This document shows positions 42,385 through 51,529 of a DNA stretch of 64,000 bases, one piece after another. A program made the translations under genes and the position numbers. The DNA comes from a virus. The notes beneath the pieces were generated by a model. It did not search any database. It had not been told where the DNA came from and saw only the letters and a program-made list of their open reading frames with translations. Every line of letters starts with the position of its first letter. Within the stretch, counting starts at the first letter, position 1. The stretch is taken from positions 4,002 to 68,001 of IMG/VR virus record IMGVR_UViG_3300046096_000525. The stretch is one strand, 5' to 3'.

Positions 42385-43079
42385 TAGAAAAAGGAACAGA
42401 GGTTAAAGTAAAAGAGGGCTCTAGTTATGAACATCTAAACCAATTTAAGTTAGTGGTAGTCGACCAAGAATTAGAGCCTATAGATTATCCAATAGCAGTT
42501 AAGATAGGAGATACAGATAGCTTTGAGTGGTTCAAAGAAGAAGAGTTAATAATAAACAAGATGAAAAGAGAAAATTTTGAAGTGAGCCAGAAGCAAGAGA
42601 CAATATTGATCTACGAACTTAGTAGACAACTTTTGCAAAGAGGTATTAACGCAAGTAACACAGTAATTGTATCAGTTTCTGGTGACTACTCTTGTATAGT
42701 TGGTCAAATACTAAGACACGCTTTGACCCATGATGGAGAGATTTGCGATGGTTTTAGTGTAGATGTGCCTTACCCAGACCAAACATGGGACGATGGGTAT
42801 TTAGTAGAGTTAAAAGCTTTGTTTGATCTTTACCGATACAAACTAGATAACAAAAACATACTGTTGGTGGAAGCCGGAGTTATAAGAGGCTCCAACTATA
42901 AGTTTATGATAGACTATCTAAAAAATACTATGGGTATAGTAAATAAGATAGAGACACTAGCACTATACGAAAACTCTGGATCAATATTTAAGTCAGATTT
43001 TGTTGGTGAGTACTATGATAACGAGACAGAAGACTTAACATTTTGGTGGGAAGAATATAATAATCATTGGGAAAAATAA
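42381..43079 (+). CDS. hypothetical protein (232 aa)
   Basis: ORF track. Confidence 0.5.
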   Translation: MIEKGTEVKVKEGSSYEHLNQFKLVVVDQELEPIDYPIAVKIGDTDSFEWFKEEELIINKMKRENFEVSQKQETILIYELSRQLLQRGINASNTVIVSVSGDYSCIVGQILRHALTHDGEICDGFSVDVPYPDQTWDDGYLVELKALFDLYRYKLDNKNILLVEAGVIRGSNYKFMIDYLKNTMGIVNKIETLALYENSGSIFKSDFVGEYYDNETEDLTFWWEEYNNHWEK

Positions 43080-43080
43080 G

Positions 43081-44151
43081 ATGAATAAGTTAGACAAACA
43101 GTATACAGAATTACTACAAGACATTATTGATAATGGTGTAGTTAAAGAAGACAGGACAGGTACAGGAACCATTTCAGTATTCGGAAGACAAATACGACAT
43201 AATATGTCAGAGGGATTTCCTCTGCTTACAACTAAGAAAATGCCTTGGAAAACAATTGTAACTGAGCTACTTTGGTTCTTACGTGGGGATACAAATATTA
43301 AGTACTTGGTTGATAATGGGTGTAACATTTGGAATGGAGATGCTTATAAAAATTATCTATTATTAATGATTGGTAATGAACCTGAAAAGATTTTATCAAT
43401 GACTGATTTTATTGATAAGATAAAGAACGATGATAAGTTTGCTAAGAAGTGGGGTGATTTAGGTCCAATTTATGGTAAGCAATGGAGAAAGTGGAAACAA
43501 AAAGATATATTGGAATGGGGTTATAAAGAAGGTGAAGTAGAAGTAGACCAAATCCAAAACCTAATCAATGACCTTAAAATAAATCCAGACTCAAGACGAT
43601 TAATGGTCAATGCTTGGAATGTTGGGGAATTGAACCAAATGGTTCTACCACCTTGTCATTATGGGTTTCAAGTTTATACAAGAAAGTTGAGTTTTGAACA
43701 AAGAATTGATTTGTATATTAAAAAATATGAAGCTATAGATGGTTCTAATTTTAACCAATACGAGCATACTATCCCAACCAGAGCAATCTCTTTAATGTGG
43801 AACCAACGTTCAGTAGACACATTTTTAGGGTTACCGTTTAACATTGCTTCTTATGGTTTACTATTAGAGATTATAGCAAATGAAGTAGATATGATCCCAG
43901 ACCAATTAATTGGTAATCTTGGAGATGTACATTTGTATTCAAATCATATTGAACAAGCTAAAGAACAAATTGGAAGAGAGGGGTTTGAATTACCAAGCCT
44001 TGTTTACCTAGACGAATACCATTACCTAACAGATGCAAAGTTGGTAGGAGATATATCATTTAGTGAAAAGATAGACAGGTTTAGACCTGATTTTTTTAAG
44101 ATTGAAAACTATCAATCGCACCCTACTATTAAAGCCCCTTTATCAAATTAA
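43081..44151 (+). CDS. thyA: thymidylate synthase (ThyA family) with two ~30-aa insertions; dUMP-specific Asn retained
   Basis: N-terminus NGVVKEDRTGTGTISVFGRQIRHNMSEGFPLLTTKKMPWKTIVTELLWFLRGDTNIKYL matches ThyA; SRRLMVNAWNVGELNQMVLPPCHYGFQVYT (active-site Cys in PCH); QRSVDTFLGLPFNIASY; DVHLYSNH. Confidence 0.8.
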   Translation: MNKLDKQYTELLQDIIDNGVVKEDRTGTGTISVFGRQIRHNMSEGFPLLTTKKMPWKTIVTELLWFLRGDTNIKYLVDNGCNIWNGDAYKNYLLLMIGNEPEKILSMTDFIDKIKNDDKFAKKWGDLGPIYGKQWRKWKQKDILEWGYKEGEVEVDQIQNLINDLKINPDSRRLMVNAWNVGELNQMVLPPCHYGFQVYTRKLSFEQRIDLYIKKYEAIDGSNFNQYEHTIPTRAISLMWNQRSVDTFLGLPFNIASYGLLLEIIANEVDMIPDQLIGNLGDVHLYSNHIEQAKEQIGREGFELPSLVYLDEYHYLTDAKLVGDISFSEKIDRFRPDFFKIENYQSHPTIKAPLSN

Positions 44152-44172
44152 ATAAAAATAATTTAAAAAAAG

Positions 44173-44204
44173 TTTGCATGGTATTATAATTATGCTTACC
44201 TTTG
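44173..44204 (+). promoter_or_regulatory. sigma-A-type promoter TTTG(44173-44176)-N20-TACCTTTG(44197-44204)
   Basis: Consensus match upstream of ATG 44224. Confidence 0.55.
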
Positions 44205-44223
44205 CAGAGTAAATATTATAATT

Positions 44224-44502
44224 ATGAATATAGTAACAAGAGAGTTTATTGTTTCACGGCATCCAGACTTAGAGTTATATGCTGTAGAAGAGCTATTTAA
44301 AGTCTTTGATGTAGTCGCAGACACACATTATCACGGAGAAGATGGGTTTTACTTTACTGATATCAGGAAAGCATCTGTACTAAGAGATCTCTTAGAAGAA
44401 GAGAATGAACTAAAAGGGACTACAGTTTTAGAAAACAGGTTTGCTGTATTCTTATTTGTATGCCTTATGGTATTTTTATTATCAATCATTATTAAGTTTT
44501 AA
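44224..44502 (+). CDS. hypothetical protein (92 aa, C-terminal hydrophobic segment)
   Basis: ORF track. Confidence 0.45.
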   Translation: MNIVTREFIVSRHPDLELYAVEELFKVFDVVADTHYHGEDGFYFTDIRKASVLRDLLEEENELKGTTVLENRFAVFLFVCLMVFLLSIIIKF

Positions 44503-44523
44503 AATCAGAAGAGCCAACTGTAA

Positions 44524-44748
44524 ATGGGCAAAATTATTATGGAAGTAGTTGGATGGTCAATCACAGGACTATTGTTTGGTTTATTTATATACAGCTTGAT
44601 TAGCCCTAAGTTTTGGGTTAAAGATGTACCTGTTTTAAATAACACCGAAGAGGAAAAACCAGTTTTTTTGGAAGAAGAAAAACCAGCACCTAAGAAAAAA
44701 AGACCTTATAGAAAAAGAAAGCCTAAGAATGATAAAGGCGAAAAATAA
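44524..44748 (+). CDS. small membrane protein with lysine-rich C-terminus (holin-like topology)
   Basis: TM VVGWSITGLLFGLFIYSLI followed by KKKRPYRKRKPKNDKGEK. Confidence 0.4.
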   Translation: MGKIIMEVVGWSITGLLFGLFIYSLISPKFWVKDVPVLNNTEEEKPVFLEEEKPAPKKKRPYRKRKPKNDKGEK

Positions 44749-45244
44749 GGTATGCATTGAATGTGGTAGAGATGATCAACCTTGGTTCTCAAAAAAGAGA
44801 TGCCGAGGTTGTGCTATCGCAGCTTCTAGTGGTATAAAAAGAAAACTAATAGCTGTAAAACAAACTGCAAAAAACAAGGAGTACCGCAAATCGCAATCTG
44901 CAATACGAGATACTTATTTTGAATACCATATAGCTAATTGTAGAAGCTCTGAGCATAGTGGTGTAAGTATACTTTTTCCGACTAGAGCAAATTGCTGTCA
45001 CCTTTTTGATAAGGCTAGGCATCCAAGTGTACAGGCCAAATTAACAAACTGTGTATATTTAACATTAGATGAGCATACTAGGTTTGACCAATTATTATAT
45101 AGCCATGAGTTTGAAAAGTTAGAAGATGAGTTCCCAAATGCTTGGGCATCTGCTAAGGCTAGGATGAGGCTTTTATTACCCGAAGTGCAAGAAGAGACAA
45201 AATTTAAAAACAAATTTGAACAATGGATATCATCAAAACAATAA
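44729..45244 (+). CDS. zinc-finger protein, possible NinG/HNH-like nuclease
   Basis: CIECG...CRGC zinc ribbon; His/Cys-rich segment EHSGVSILFPTRANCCHLFDKARH. Confidence 0.4.
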   Translation: MIKAKNKVCIECGRDDQPWFSKKRCRGCAIAASSGIKRKLIAVKQTAKNKEYRKSQSAIRDTYFEYHIANCRSSEHSGVSILFPTRANCCHLFDKARHPSVQAKLTNCVYLTLDEHTRFDQLLYSHEFEKLEDEFPNAWASAKARMRLLLPEVQEETKFKNKFEQWISSKQ

Positions 45245-45405
45245 GAGATAAGTTAAATCATTTTAAGTCAGATTTAGCTACACTCAAACAGCCAAAAATG
45301 GGTAAGTCTCATTTTGACAATCAGAGAATATACGAGTTAGAACAAAAAATAGCCCTATTACAATCAGAGCTACAATACGAAAAAAGAAACAAAAAAATAG
45401 AATAA
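45223..45405 (+). CDS. hypothetical coiled-coil protein (60 aa)
   Basis: ORF track. Confidence 0.35.
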   Translation: MDIIKTIRDKLNHFKSDLATLKQPKMGKSHFDNQRIYELEQKIALLQSELQYEKRNKKIE

Positions 45406-45406
45406 A

Positions 45407-45697
45407 ATGGAAGCAATATTTGTAGAAGGTATACATGATTATAATTATGTAGAAAAAATAACAGACACAGGGATAACCCACATATTATCTAGAAGTCAAG
45501 GTACACATTGGACATCTCATTGTAGAGGTGAAGAGATCTTATCTATAACAGATACCGGAGATGGTTTTATCTTTGATCACAGTAAGCCGAAAAAAGAGAT
45601 GGACTATTCTTATTCTCTAGAACTAAGCATCTTACTAAAAAAGATTGTACTAAACAGTTACTTGATAGAAGTTTCAGGCCAAAGGCAATTACTATAA
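45407..45697 (+). CDS. hypothetical protein (96 aa)
   Basis: ORF track. Confidence 0.4.
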   Translation: MEAIFVEGIHDYNYVEKITDTGITHILSRSQGTHWTSHCRGEEILSITDTGDGFIFDHSKPKKEMDYSYSLELSILLKKIVLNSYLIEVSGQRQLL

Positions 45698-45700
45698 GAT

Positions 45701-45994
45701 ATGAAGATAGAAATAGGAGAGCACTGTTTTGGCAGTTACGTTATAGTAGATGGTGTAGATATTTGTGATGAAGAGTTTGCAGATAAGGAAGAGCAAAGAG
45801 CTCTAAGAGGGGCTTTATTGCTAGAGATACTTAGAAACTCAGATAACATTAATAGCTATTATTGGAAAGAGATTGCAGATATGGCTGTAAACAATAATAC
45901 TAGGTATGAGGTAAATGCAGAAGAATCATCACATGATACATGTGAGCAGTGTGGTAATTGGAATAGTAATACAGTATATGAGTATGTTAGATAG
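45701..45994 (+). CDS. hypothetical protein (97 aa)
   Basis: ORF track. Confidence 0.4.
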   Translation: MKIEIGEHCFGSYVIVDGVDICDEEFADKEEQRALRGALLLEILRNSDNINSYYWKEIADMAVNNNTRYEVNAEESSHDTCEQCGNWNSNTVYEYVR

Positions 45995-46559
45995 TTTAAG
46001 AATTTTTGCAGAGAGATTTTATTGGCTTAAGGTTTACCTCTCACCTTTTAAAAAACCAAATATCAAATTCTATTTTGGTAAGGTAGCAGTAGGTACACCT
46101 TATTTTTTACCTAGGAAATGGGTAAAATTTACTCCACAAGATGCTGTTGATAAAGCAGTTGAGTATGTGAATGATAGTAAGTATGTTAGGAAACCTTTTA
46201 TAGAGTGGTACAATAGTTTCTTAAGATATAGAAAACCTGTACCTAAAAAAGTAGGTTTTGATTTTGTACCTTTAGGTTGGAAAACTAAATGGACAGGTAA
46301 TGATTACAGATTTGAAAACTCACCTGTTTGGAGCTTCGTATTTTTTGGGTATCAAATAGCTATTACATTTATTGCTCCGGAGATGCACCACTATTGGGAG
46401 TGTTGGTTATACTATTCTAGAGAAACAAAAGGTAAAACTAAAGATAGACTTATCAAAGCTAGAAAAGAGTTTCCTTGTGTTTGGATAACTCACTATGATA
46501 AAGGTACAGAAAAGAAAATTTGTTATTGGGATATAATTTTAAAAGACAAGTGGCTATGA
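45915..46559 (+). CDS. hypothetical protein (214 aa; true start probably internal Met near 45978)
   Basis: ORF track; 5' end overlaps previous ORF. Confidence 0.45.
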   Translation: MQKNHHMIHVSSVVIGIVIQYMSMLDSLRIFAERFYWLKVYLSPFKKPNIKFYFGKVAVGTPYFLPRKWVKFTPQDAVDKAVEYVNDSKYVRKPFIEWYNSFLRYRKPVPKKVGFDFVPLGWKTKWTGNDYRFENSPVWSFVFFGYQIAITFIAPEMHHYWECWLYYSRETKGKTKDRLIKARKEFPCVWITHYDKGTEKKICYWDIILKDKWL

Positions 46560-46807
46560 CAGTAGGAACACTAAGAAAAGAAGACGATGATTGGTATGTA
46601 GTTTACTTTGTATCAGGAGACGATGTAGATGCCTTTGCTAGAGTAGAAATGAAATTAGCAGAAGAAGACTACGAATCAGCAGTTGAAGGTGAGAGAATAC
46701 ATTTTCAATCTATAAAAAGGAAAGGCAAGTTTTTTGCAAAGGTGCAAGACCTTAAAAATGGCACCAGATATGTAAATGAACATTTAAGAGACATAATTTT
46801 AGGATAA
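46520..46807 (+). CDS. hypothetical protein (95 aa)
   Basis: ORF track. Confidence 0.4.
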   Translation: MLLGYNFKRQVAMTVGTLRKEDDDWYVVYFVSGDDVDAFARVEMKLAEEDYESAVEGERIHFQSIKRKGKFFAKVQDLKNGTRYVNEHLRDIILG

Positions 46808-47526
46808 TGATTATAGGAATAAACGGTAAGATGGGTAGTGGTAAAGATACAGTTGGTAAAATTATACAGTATCTTTTATGTAATAATGTTGGAAGTATAA
46901 CATTAGAAGACATAGCTTCTTCTGAGGATCACAATTGGTGGTTAGAAGAGCAATCTGGTTTTGAGACTAAGAAGTTTGCAGGTAAACTAAAGGCAATGGG
47001 TTCCTTATTAGCAGGAGTGCCTGTAGAAAAGTTTGAAGACCAAGAGTTTAAGAAAACTAATATGAGCTCTGAATGGGATTATGAGTTGATAGGAGAAGAC
47101 TGGGTTGACTCAAAGCCTGTTGTTGTACCTATGACTTATAGAGAGTTTCTTCAAAAACTTGGGACAGAAGCAATGCGTGATGGCTTACATACAAATGTAT
47201 GGGTGAATGCTTTATTTGCTGATTATAAACCTCTTAAAGTTAGAAGTGCAGACTCTTTTGATTTAGAGACTTATGATGGTAAGTATCCTAGTTGGGTTAT
47301 TACAGACATGAGATTCCCTAATGAATTAGAAGCTGTTGCTAAAAGAGGGGGTATTACTATTAGAGTAGTAAGAGATAATGGTACAAGAGCAATCAATACA
47401 GATTTTCACCCCTCAGAAATAGCTCTTGATGACTATGTGGTTAATTATGAAATTGTAAACGATGGTACTATCAAAGACCTAGCAGAAAAGGTACAAATAA
47501 TTTTAATAAAAGAAGGTATACTATGA
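46807..47526 (+). CDS. deoxynucleoside monophosphate kinase (T4 gp1-like P-loop kinase)
   Basis: MIIGINGKMGSGKDTVGKII parallels T4 dNMP kinase MKLIFLSGVKRSGKDTTADFI; ~240 aa. Confidence 0.6.
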   Translation: MIIGINGKMGSGKDTVGKIIQYLLCNNVGSITLEDIASSEDHNWWLEEQSGFETKKFAGKLKAMGSLLAGVPVEKFEDQEFKKTNMSSEWDYELIGEDWVDSKPVVVPMTYREFLQKLGTEAMRDGLHTNVWVNALFADYKPLKVRSADSFDLETYDGKYPSWVITDMRFPNELEAVAKRGGITIRVVRDNGTRAINTDFHPSEIALDDYVVNYEIVNDGTIKDLAEKVQIILIKEGIL

Positions 47527-47900
47527 ATCCAAGATTTGAACCGCAGCACATATTAGCTATAGATTTCGATCTAACTATATGTATGAGTGATTACCCAAAG
47601 CTTGGCCCTATGAGAAAAGGAGCCAAAGAAGCTATTACAAAGTTGTATAATGATGGGTTTGGTATTGTGATTAATACATGTAGAGAAGGTCACCCTTTGT
47701 CCGATGCAATGCATTGGCTAAAAGATAATGACATTCCCTACCACTATGTTAATTGTAATTTTCCACATTTAATAGAGTACTACAAAGCTGATTGTCGTAA
47801 GATCTCAGCAGATATGTATATTGACGACAAAGGTGTAGAGGAGCTTCCATCATGGGACAAAATTTATAAAATAATAAACAAAAAATTTGTATGCAAGTAA
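47523..47900 (+). CDS. HAD-superfamily phosphatase / nucleotidase
   Basis: ILAIDFDLTIC (DxD nucleophile motif I), small cap-less HAD size. Confidence 0.5.
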   Translation: MNPRFEPQHILAIDFDLTICMSDYPKLGPMRKGAKEAITKLYNDGFGIVINTCREGHPLSDAMHWLKDNDIPYHYVNCNFPHLIEYYKADCRKISADMYIDDKGVEELPSWDKIYKIINKKFVCK

Positions 47901-48313
47901 ATATAAAAAGATTATCAGAAAAGGCAGTAATTCCTACTTATGGGAAGCCTGGAGATGCCGGAATGGATCTAACATGTATCAGTGAAGAGTGGAGCGAGGA
48001 TAACTCAATGGTTACCTATGACACAGGTATTGCTATGGAAATTCCAGAGGGTTATGTTGGTTTAGTCTTTCCTAGAAGCTCGGTATCAAAAACATCACTA
48101 ATATTGTCTAACTCTGTTGGGGTTATTGACTCTGGTTATAGAGGTTCTATTATGTTTAAGTTTCGTTACCCTGAAGAAGGTATGGTGTATGAAATTGGTG
48201 AGAGAGTTGGACAAATTATAATTGTACCTTATCCACAAATAACGTTTAATGAGGTTCAAGAACTTTCATCAACTGACCGTGGAGAGGGTGGTTTTGGTAG
48301 TACAGGAAAATAA
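47891..48313 (+). CDS. dut: dUTP diphosphatase
   Basis: GKPGDAGMDL (motif 1/2), RSSVS (motif 3), GVIDSGYRG (motif 4), 140 aa. Confidence 0.8.
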   Translation: MQVNIKRLSEKAVIPTYGKPGDAGMDLTCISEEWSEDNSMVTYDTGIAMEIPEGYVGLVFPRSSVSKTSLILSNSVGVIDSGYRGSIMFKFRYPEEGMVYEIGERVGQIIIVPYPQITFNEVQELSSTDRGEGGFGSTGK

Positions 48314-48348
48314 ATAAGATTTAATTAGGTTAATTGAGAAGTAAGTTG

Positions 48349-48356
48349 TATCTTTG
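48349..48356 (+). promoter_or_regulatory. -7 box TATCTTTG preceding a 33-codon membrane peptide ORF (48361-48462)
   Basis: Consensus -7; -33 weak. Confidence 0.4.
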
Positions 48357-48463
48357 CACAATGAAAGAAAGATTTAGATTTTGGGCAGTTGTTATTTGGT
48401 ACCTATTTATTCTGTCAGCAGAAATAGTAGGGCTAATTTGGTTAATTAAAAATATTTTTTAGC

Positions 48464-49051
48464 ATGTATATAAACTTTGAAATCGCAAAGAAGCAGGGGT
48501 TTTCCCCTACAGATGTTGTAAACTTACAACTTATTTCTCAAAACAAAACAGAAAGTTTGTGGGAGATTATCACAGAGACTATGACCCTATCTACTTTAGA
48601 TAGATATCAGTCTTTAGAGTATGTCTCTTTAGTAAAGGCAAAGAACAAAAGCGATACTATTCAGAATCGTGTTAGGTTAACCCCTAAAGGTAATGCTTTC
48701 TTAGAAGAGCTGCAAATACCTATGATAAATGAAGATGATTTAAAACTGTATACTTGGTTAGAGTCTGTTTATAAGTCTGAGAATAAAGAGATAGGAAATA
48801 GAAAGAAAACAAAGTTGTATATAGCATTGTTTAGAGCTAACTCTGGCATTGATAGAAATAAGTTAGCTTTCCTTTGTAAAGTCTTTATGAATGATACTAG
48901 TCAGTTTGAGTGGTCAAAAGTATTAGAGTATCTATTTTTTAAACCTGCCAATATGTACACCACTAGGTTTGATATTGAAGAGTCTAGATTATACAAGTAC
49001 TACTTGAAGCACCAAACAATGTTTGATAATAAATTTAAAACCTTAGAATAA
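48464..49051 (+). CDS. hypothetical protein (195 aa)
   Basis: ORF track. Confidence 0.5.
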   Translation: MYINFEIAKKQGFSPTDVVNLQLISQNKTESLWEIITETMTLSTLDRYQSLEYVSLVKAKNKSDTIQNRVRLTPKGNAFLEELQIPMINEDDLKLYTWLESVYKSENKEIGNRKKTKLYIALFRANSGIDRNKLAFLCKVFMNDTSQFEWSKVLEYLFFKPANMYTTRFDIEESRLYKYYLKHQTMFDNKFKTLE

Positions 49052-49052
49052 A

Positions 49053-50216
49053 ATGCAAATACAAAAATTTAGAGACCTTACTAAAAAAGCTTTTCAAGAG
49101 ATTAAGCAATACCAAATTGGTAACAAAGGTATTATAAAAACAGGACTACCTTATTTTGATGATGTGTTCCCTGTAGTTAATGGTTCAGTAATTGTATTTT
49201 CAGCAGGTTCAGGTATTGGTAAGAGTTATACTTTGGCTAAGATGGTAGATAACATCTTGAATAAAGAAATAAACCCTACCTCTGACAATTTTGCAGTACT
49301 TAACATATCCCTTGAGATGAGAGTTCTTAGTTTAGTTCTTCGTGGTATGGCCAAGAATATTAAATCTAAGTCTAAGAAAGAGATCTTGTTACAAGAGTTT
49401 ACAGAAGAAGAGAAAGTTCAAGCTAAAGCTTATTTTGACTCTTTGCAAGATGATAGAGTTAGCATTTCACAAGTACCTACCACACCAAACAAGTTTTATG
49501 AGGGCTGTAAAGAGTTCTTAGAATTGAATAAAGACAAAGACTCTGTTGTTATTACTGTCGATCACTTGGCATTGATTTCTGGTGATTCGGGAGAAAGTAG
49601 AAATACTATTATTGAGAAGTTTATCGAGAGAGTGAATGACTTAAAGATGGAGTATGAGAATGTAATTTTTATATTGCTGTCCCAAACAAACTCTGAGATG
49701 ATTAAAAGAGCTAAAGATAAAGATATCATGGCTCAACCTCAACCTTCAGATTTGTATTACTCTCAGTTTACTTTCCAAGTTGCAGACTTTGTAGCTGTTA
49801 TGACTAACCCTACCAGACTTGGTATCAAGGAGTACAGTAAAGTGGATCCGGAAAGATATCCAAACTTACAGAAGTTCTTTTTAGAAGAGGATTTGAAAGG
49901 TAGAGTTTCTTTAGAACCTTTTGGTGTAAACTATGTACACTTATTAAAATGTAGAGAGGCCGATGGTATGTACCTAGATATTTATGCAGAAGAGTTAAAC
50001 ATACCGGATGTTGAAAATATAAGAAAGAACAGACACAAAGATATGTCTTCTCCTAAAACAATAGAAGTGCCTATGTTTAAAAAGGAAGAGCCTTATGTTG
50101 TTGAGAAGCCTTTACCTCCACCACCTTTAGCTACACTTGCTGATGCCTTTGGTGAAACGTTTAGTAGCCCAGCAGCAGTAGACTTCGGAGAAGATGATGA
50201 AGATGCACCATTTTAA
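49053..50216 (+). CDS. DnaB-like (SF4) replicative helicase domain protein with acidic C-terminal tail ending DDEDAPF
   Basis: GLPYFDDVFP..VIVFSAGSGIGKSY (H1/Walker A), ITVDHLALISG (H2), LLSQTNSEMIKRA (H3 SQLNR-like); C-terminus FGEDDEDAPF. Confidence 0.65.
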   Translation: MQIQKFRDLTKKAFQEIKQYQIGNKGIIKTGLPYFDDVFPVVNGSVIVFSAGSGIGKSYTLAKMVDNILNKEINPTSDNFAVLNISLEMRVLSLVLRGMAKNIKSKSKKEILLQEFTEEEKVQAKAYFDSLQDDRVSISQVPTTPNKFYEGCKEFLELNKDKDSVVITVDHLALISGDSGESRNTIIEKFIERVNDLKMEYENVIFILLSQTNSEMIKRAKDKDIMAQPQPSDLYYSQFTFQVADFVAVMTNPTRLGIKEYSKVDPERYPNLQKFFLEEDLKGRVSLEPFGVNYVHLLKCREADGMYLDIYAEELNIPDVENIRKNRHKDMSSPKTIEVPMFKKEEPYVVEKPLPPPPLATLADAFGETFSSPAAVDFGEDDEDAPF

Positions 50217-50222
50217 AATTAC

Positions 50223-50252
50223 ACCCAGCTATTAATTTAGTTGGGTTTTTTT
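50223..50252 (+). terminator. rho-independent terminator ACCCAGCTA-TTAATT-TAGTTGGGT + T7
   Basis: 9-bp stem (one G-U), T-run, 7 nt after helicase stop. Confidence 0.7.
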
Positions 50253-50346
50253 ATGTTCACTTTTTTACACTGTTCACGCAAACGTGAACGTTCAGTCACA
50301 ATGAACAAACAATTTTAATGAACATTTAAAAATATTTTACAAAAAG

Positions 50347-50378
50347 CTTGTGAGATTAAAATGTTGTTCGTATCTTTG
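50347..50378 (+). promoter_or_regulatory. sigma-A-type promoter CTTG(50347-50350)-N20-TATCTTTG(50371-50378)
   Basis: Consensus match upstream of ATG 50403. Confidence 0.55.
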
Positions 50379-50402
50379 CATAGAAATTAAAAACAAATTA
50401 TT

Positions 50403-50672
50403 ATGAGACATGAATGCAGGGTTATACCAAAAGAAGAAATAATGGCAAATAGAAGTAGTGCCTACGAGTTTATAGACTTTGATTCTATAGAAGAAGAAGA
50501 GTCTAAAGTAAAAGGGGTGTTTAATTGTTTTAGAAAAGATTTTACAGAAATGTATCCTAAGTCTGATGGAGTTGAAAAGACTTTAGTTAGACCTACAGAT
50601 GTTTACTCTAAGATAACACTATCCTTAAACAGAAAACTGAATATTCACAAAATAAATAAAGGTAAGAAGTAA
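50403..50672 (+). CDS. hypothetical protein (89 aa)
   Basis: ORF track. Confidence 0.4.
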   Translation: MRHECRVIPKEEIMANRSSAYEFIDFDSIEEEESKVKGVFNCFRKDFTEMYPKSDGVEKTLVRPTDVYSKITLSLNRKLNIHKINKGKK

Positions 50673-51040
50673 TGGAGTACACAAACATAAACGAAGAGTT
50701 AGAGGATTGGAAAAATTCTTGGCGAGAAAGTAAGTTTATATCTGCTATGAACGAGAAGCAAAGACAAAAGGATTTTCGTGAAGGTTATATGAGAGGTTTT
50801 AAGATGGCTACAATGATATCAGATAAGAAAAATCTAGATATGATAGTTAATAGTTTAGACTCTGGGTTATTGAATGAAATGATAGCCTATGCTGATAGAG
50901 AGAAAGAAGAAGTAACAAGAGTTGAAGTAATACAACATTCTGAGCCACACAATGGAAGAGCTTATACCAACTACAACGCTAAAGATGTTGAAGTACAATA
51001 CCAAGATGGTGGTAAAACATTAAAAATATTTTGTAAGTAA
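50672..51040 (+). CDS. hypothetical protein (122 aa)
   Basis: ORF track. Confidence 0.45.
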   Translation: MEYTNINEELEDWKNSWRESKFISAMNEKQRQKDFREGYMRGFKMATMISDKKNLDMIVNSLDSGLLNEMIAYADREKEEVTRVEVIQHSEPHNGRAYTNYNAKDVEVQYQDGGKTLKIFCK

Positions 51041-51528
51041 TGATAGTAGAAAATTGGTTGCCAGTAAAAGATTATGAGGGTTTTTATGAAGTCTCAGATT
51101 TAGGTAGAGTTAGAAGTCTTAGGTTTGGTAAGGTTAAGATAATGAAACAAAGTCTTAGCTCAAATAAGTACTTAATTGTTAACTTATGGAATGATAAAAA
51201 AATGAAGAGTTATAGTGTTCATATCTTAGTAGCAAGTGCTTTTTTAGGGCATGTACCAAATGGTCGTATTACAGTTGTAAACCATATTAATTTTGATAGA
51301 CTTGATAATAGATCGGTAAATTTAGAGGTAATATCATTTAGAGAAAATGCTAATAAAAAACACTTACCTTCTACAAGTAAGTACACAGGTGTTTATTGGA
51401 ATAAAGCTTCACGTAAGTGGGTGTCACGTATTTCTATTTGTGGAAGAGTTAAGTATTTAGGAAGGTTTACTACAGAGCTAGATGCTCACTACGCATACGA
51501 AGAGGAATTAGCAAAAATAACAAAATAA
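51040..51528 (+). CDS. HNH homing endonuclease (NUMOD4 + HNH_3 type), free-standing, immediately upstream of DNA polymerase
   Basis: WLPVKDYEGFYEVSDLGRVRSL (NUMOD4 Y-x-VS-x-G-x-VRS), HILVASAFLGHVPNGRITVVNHINFDRLDNRSVNLEV (HNH_3 H...NH...N..NL). Confidence 0.7.
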   Translation: MIVENWLPVKDYEGFYEVSDLGRVRSLRFGKVKIMKQSLSSNKYLIVNLWNDKKMKSYSVHILVASAFLGHVPNGRITVVNHINFDRLDNRSVNLEVISFRENANKKHLPSTSKYTGVYWNKASRKWVSRISICGRVKYLGRFTTELDAHYAYEEELAKITK

Positions 51529-51529
51529 T

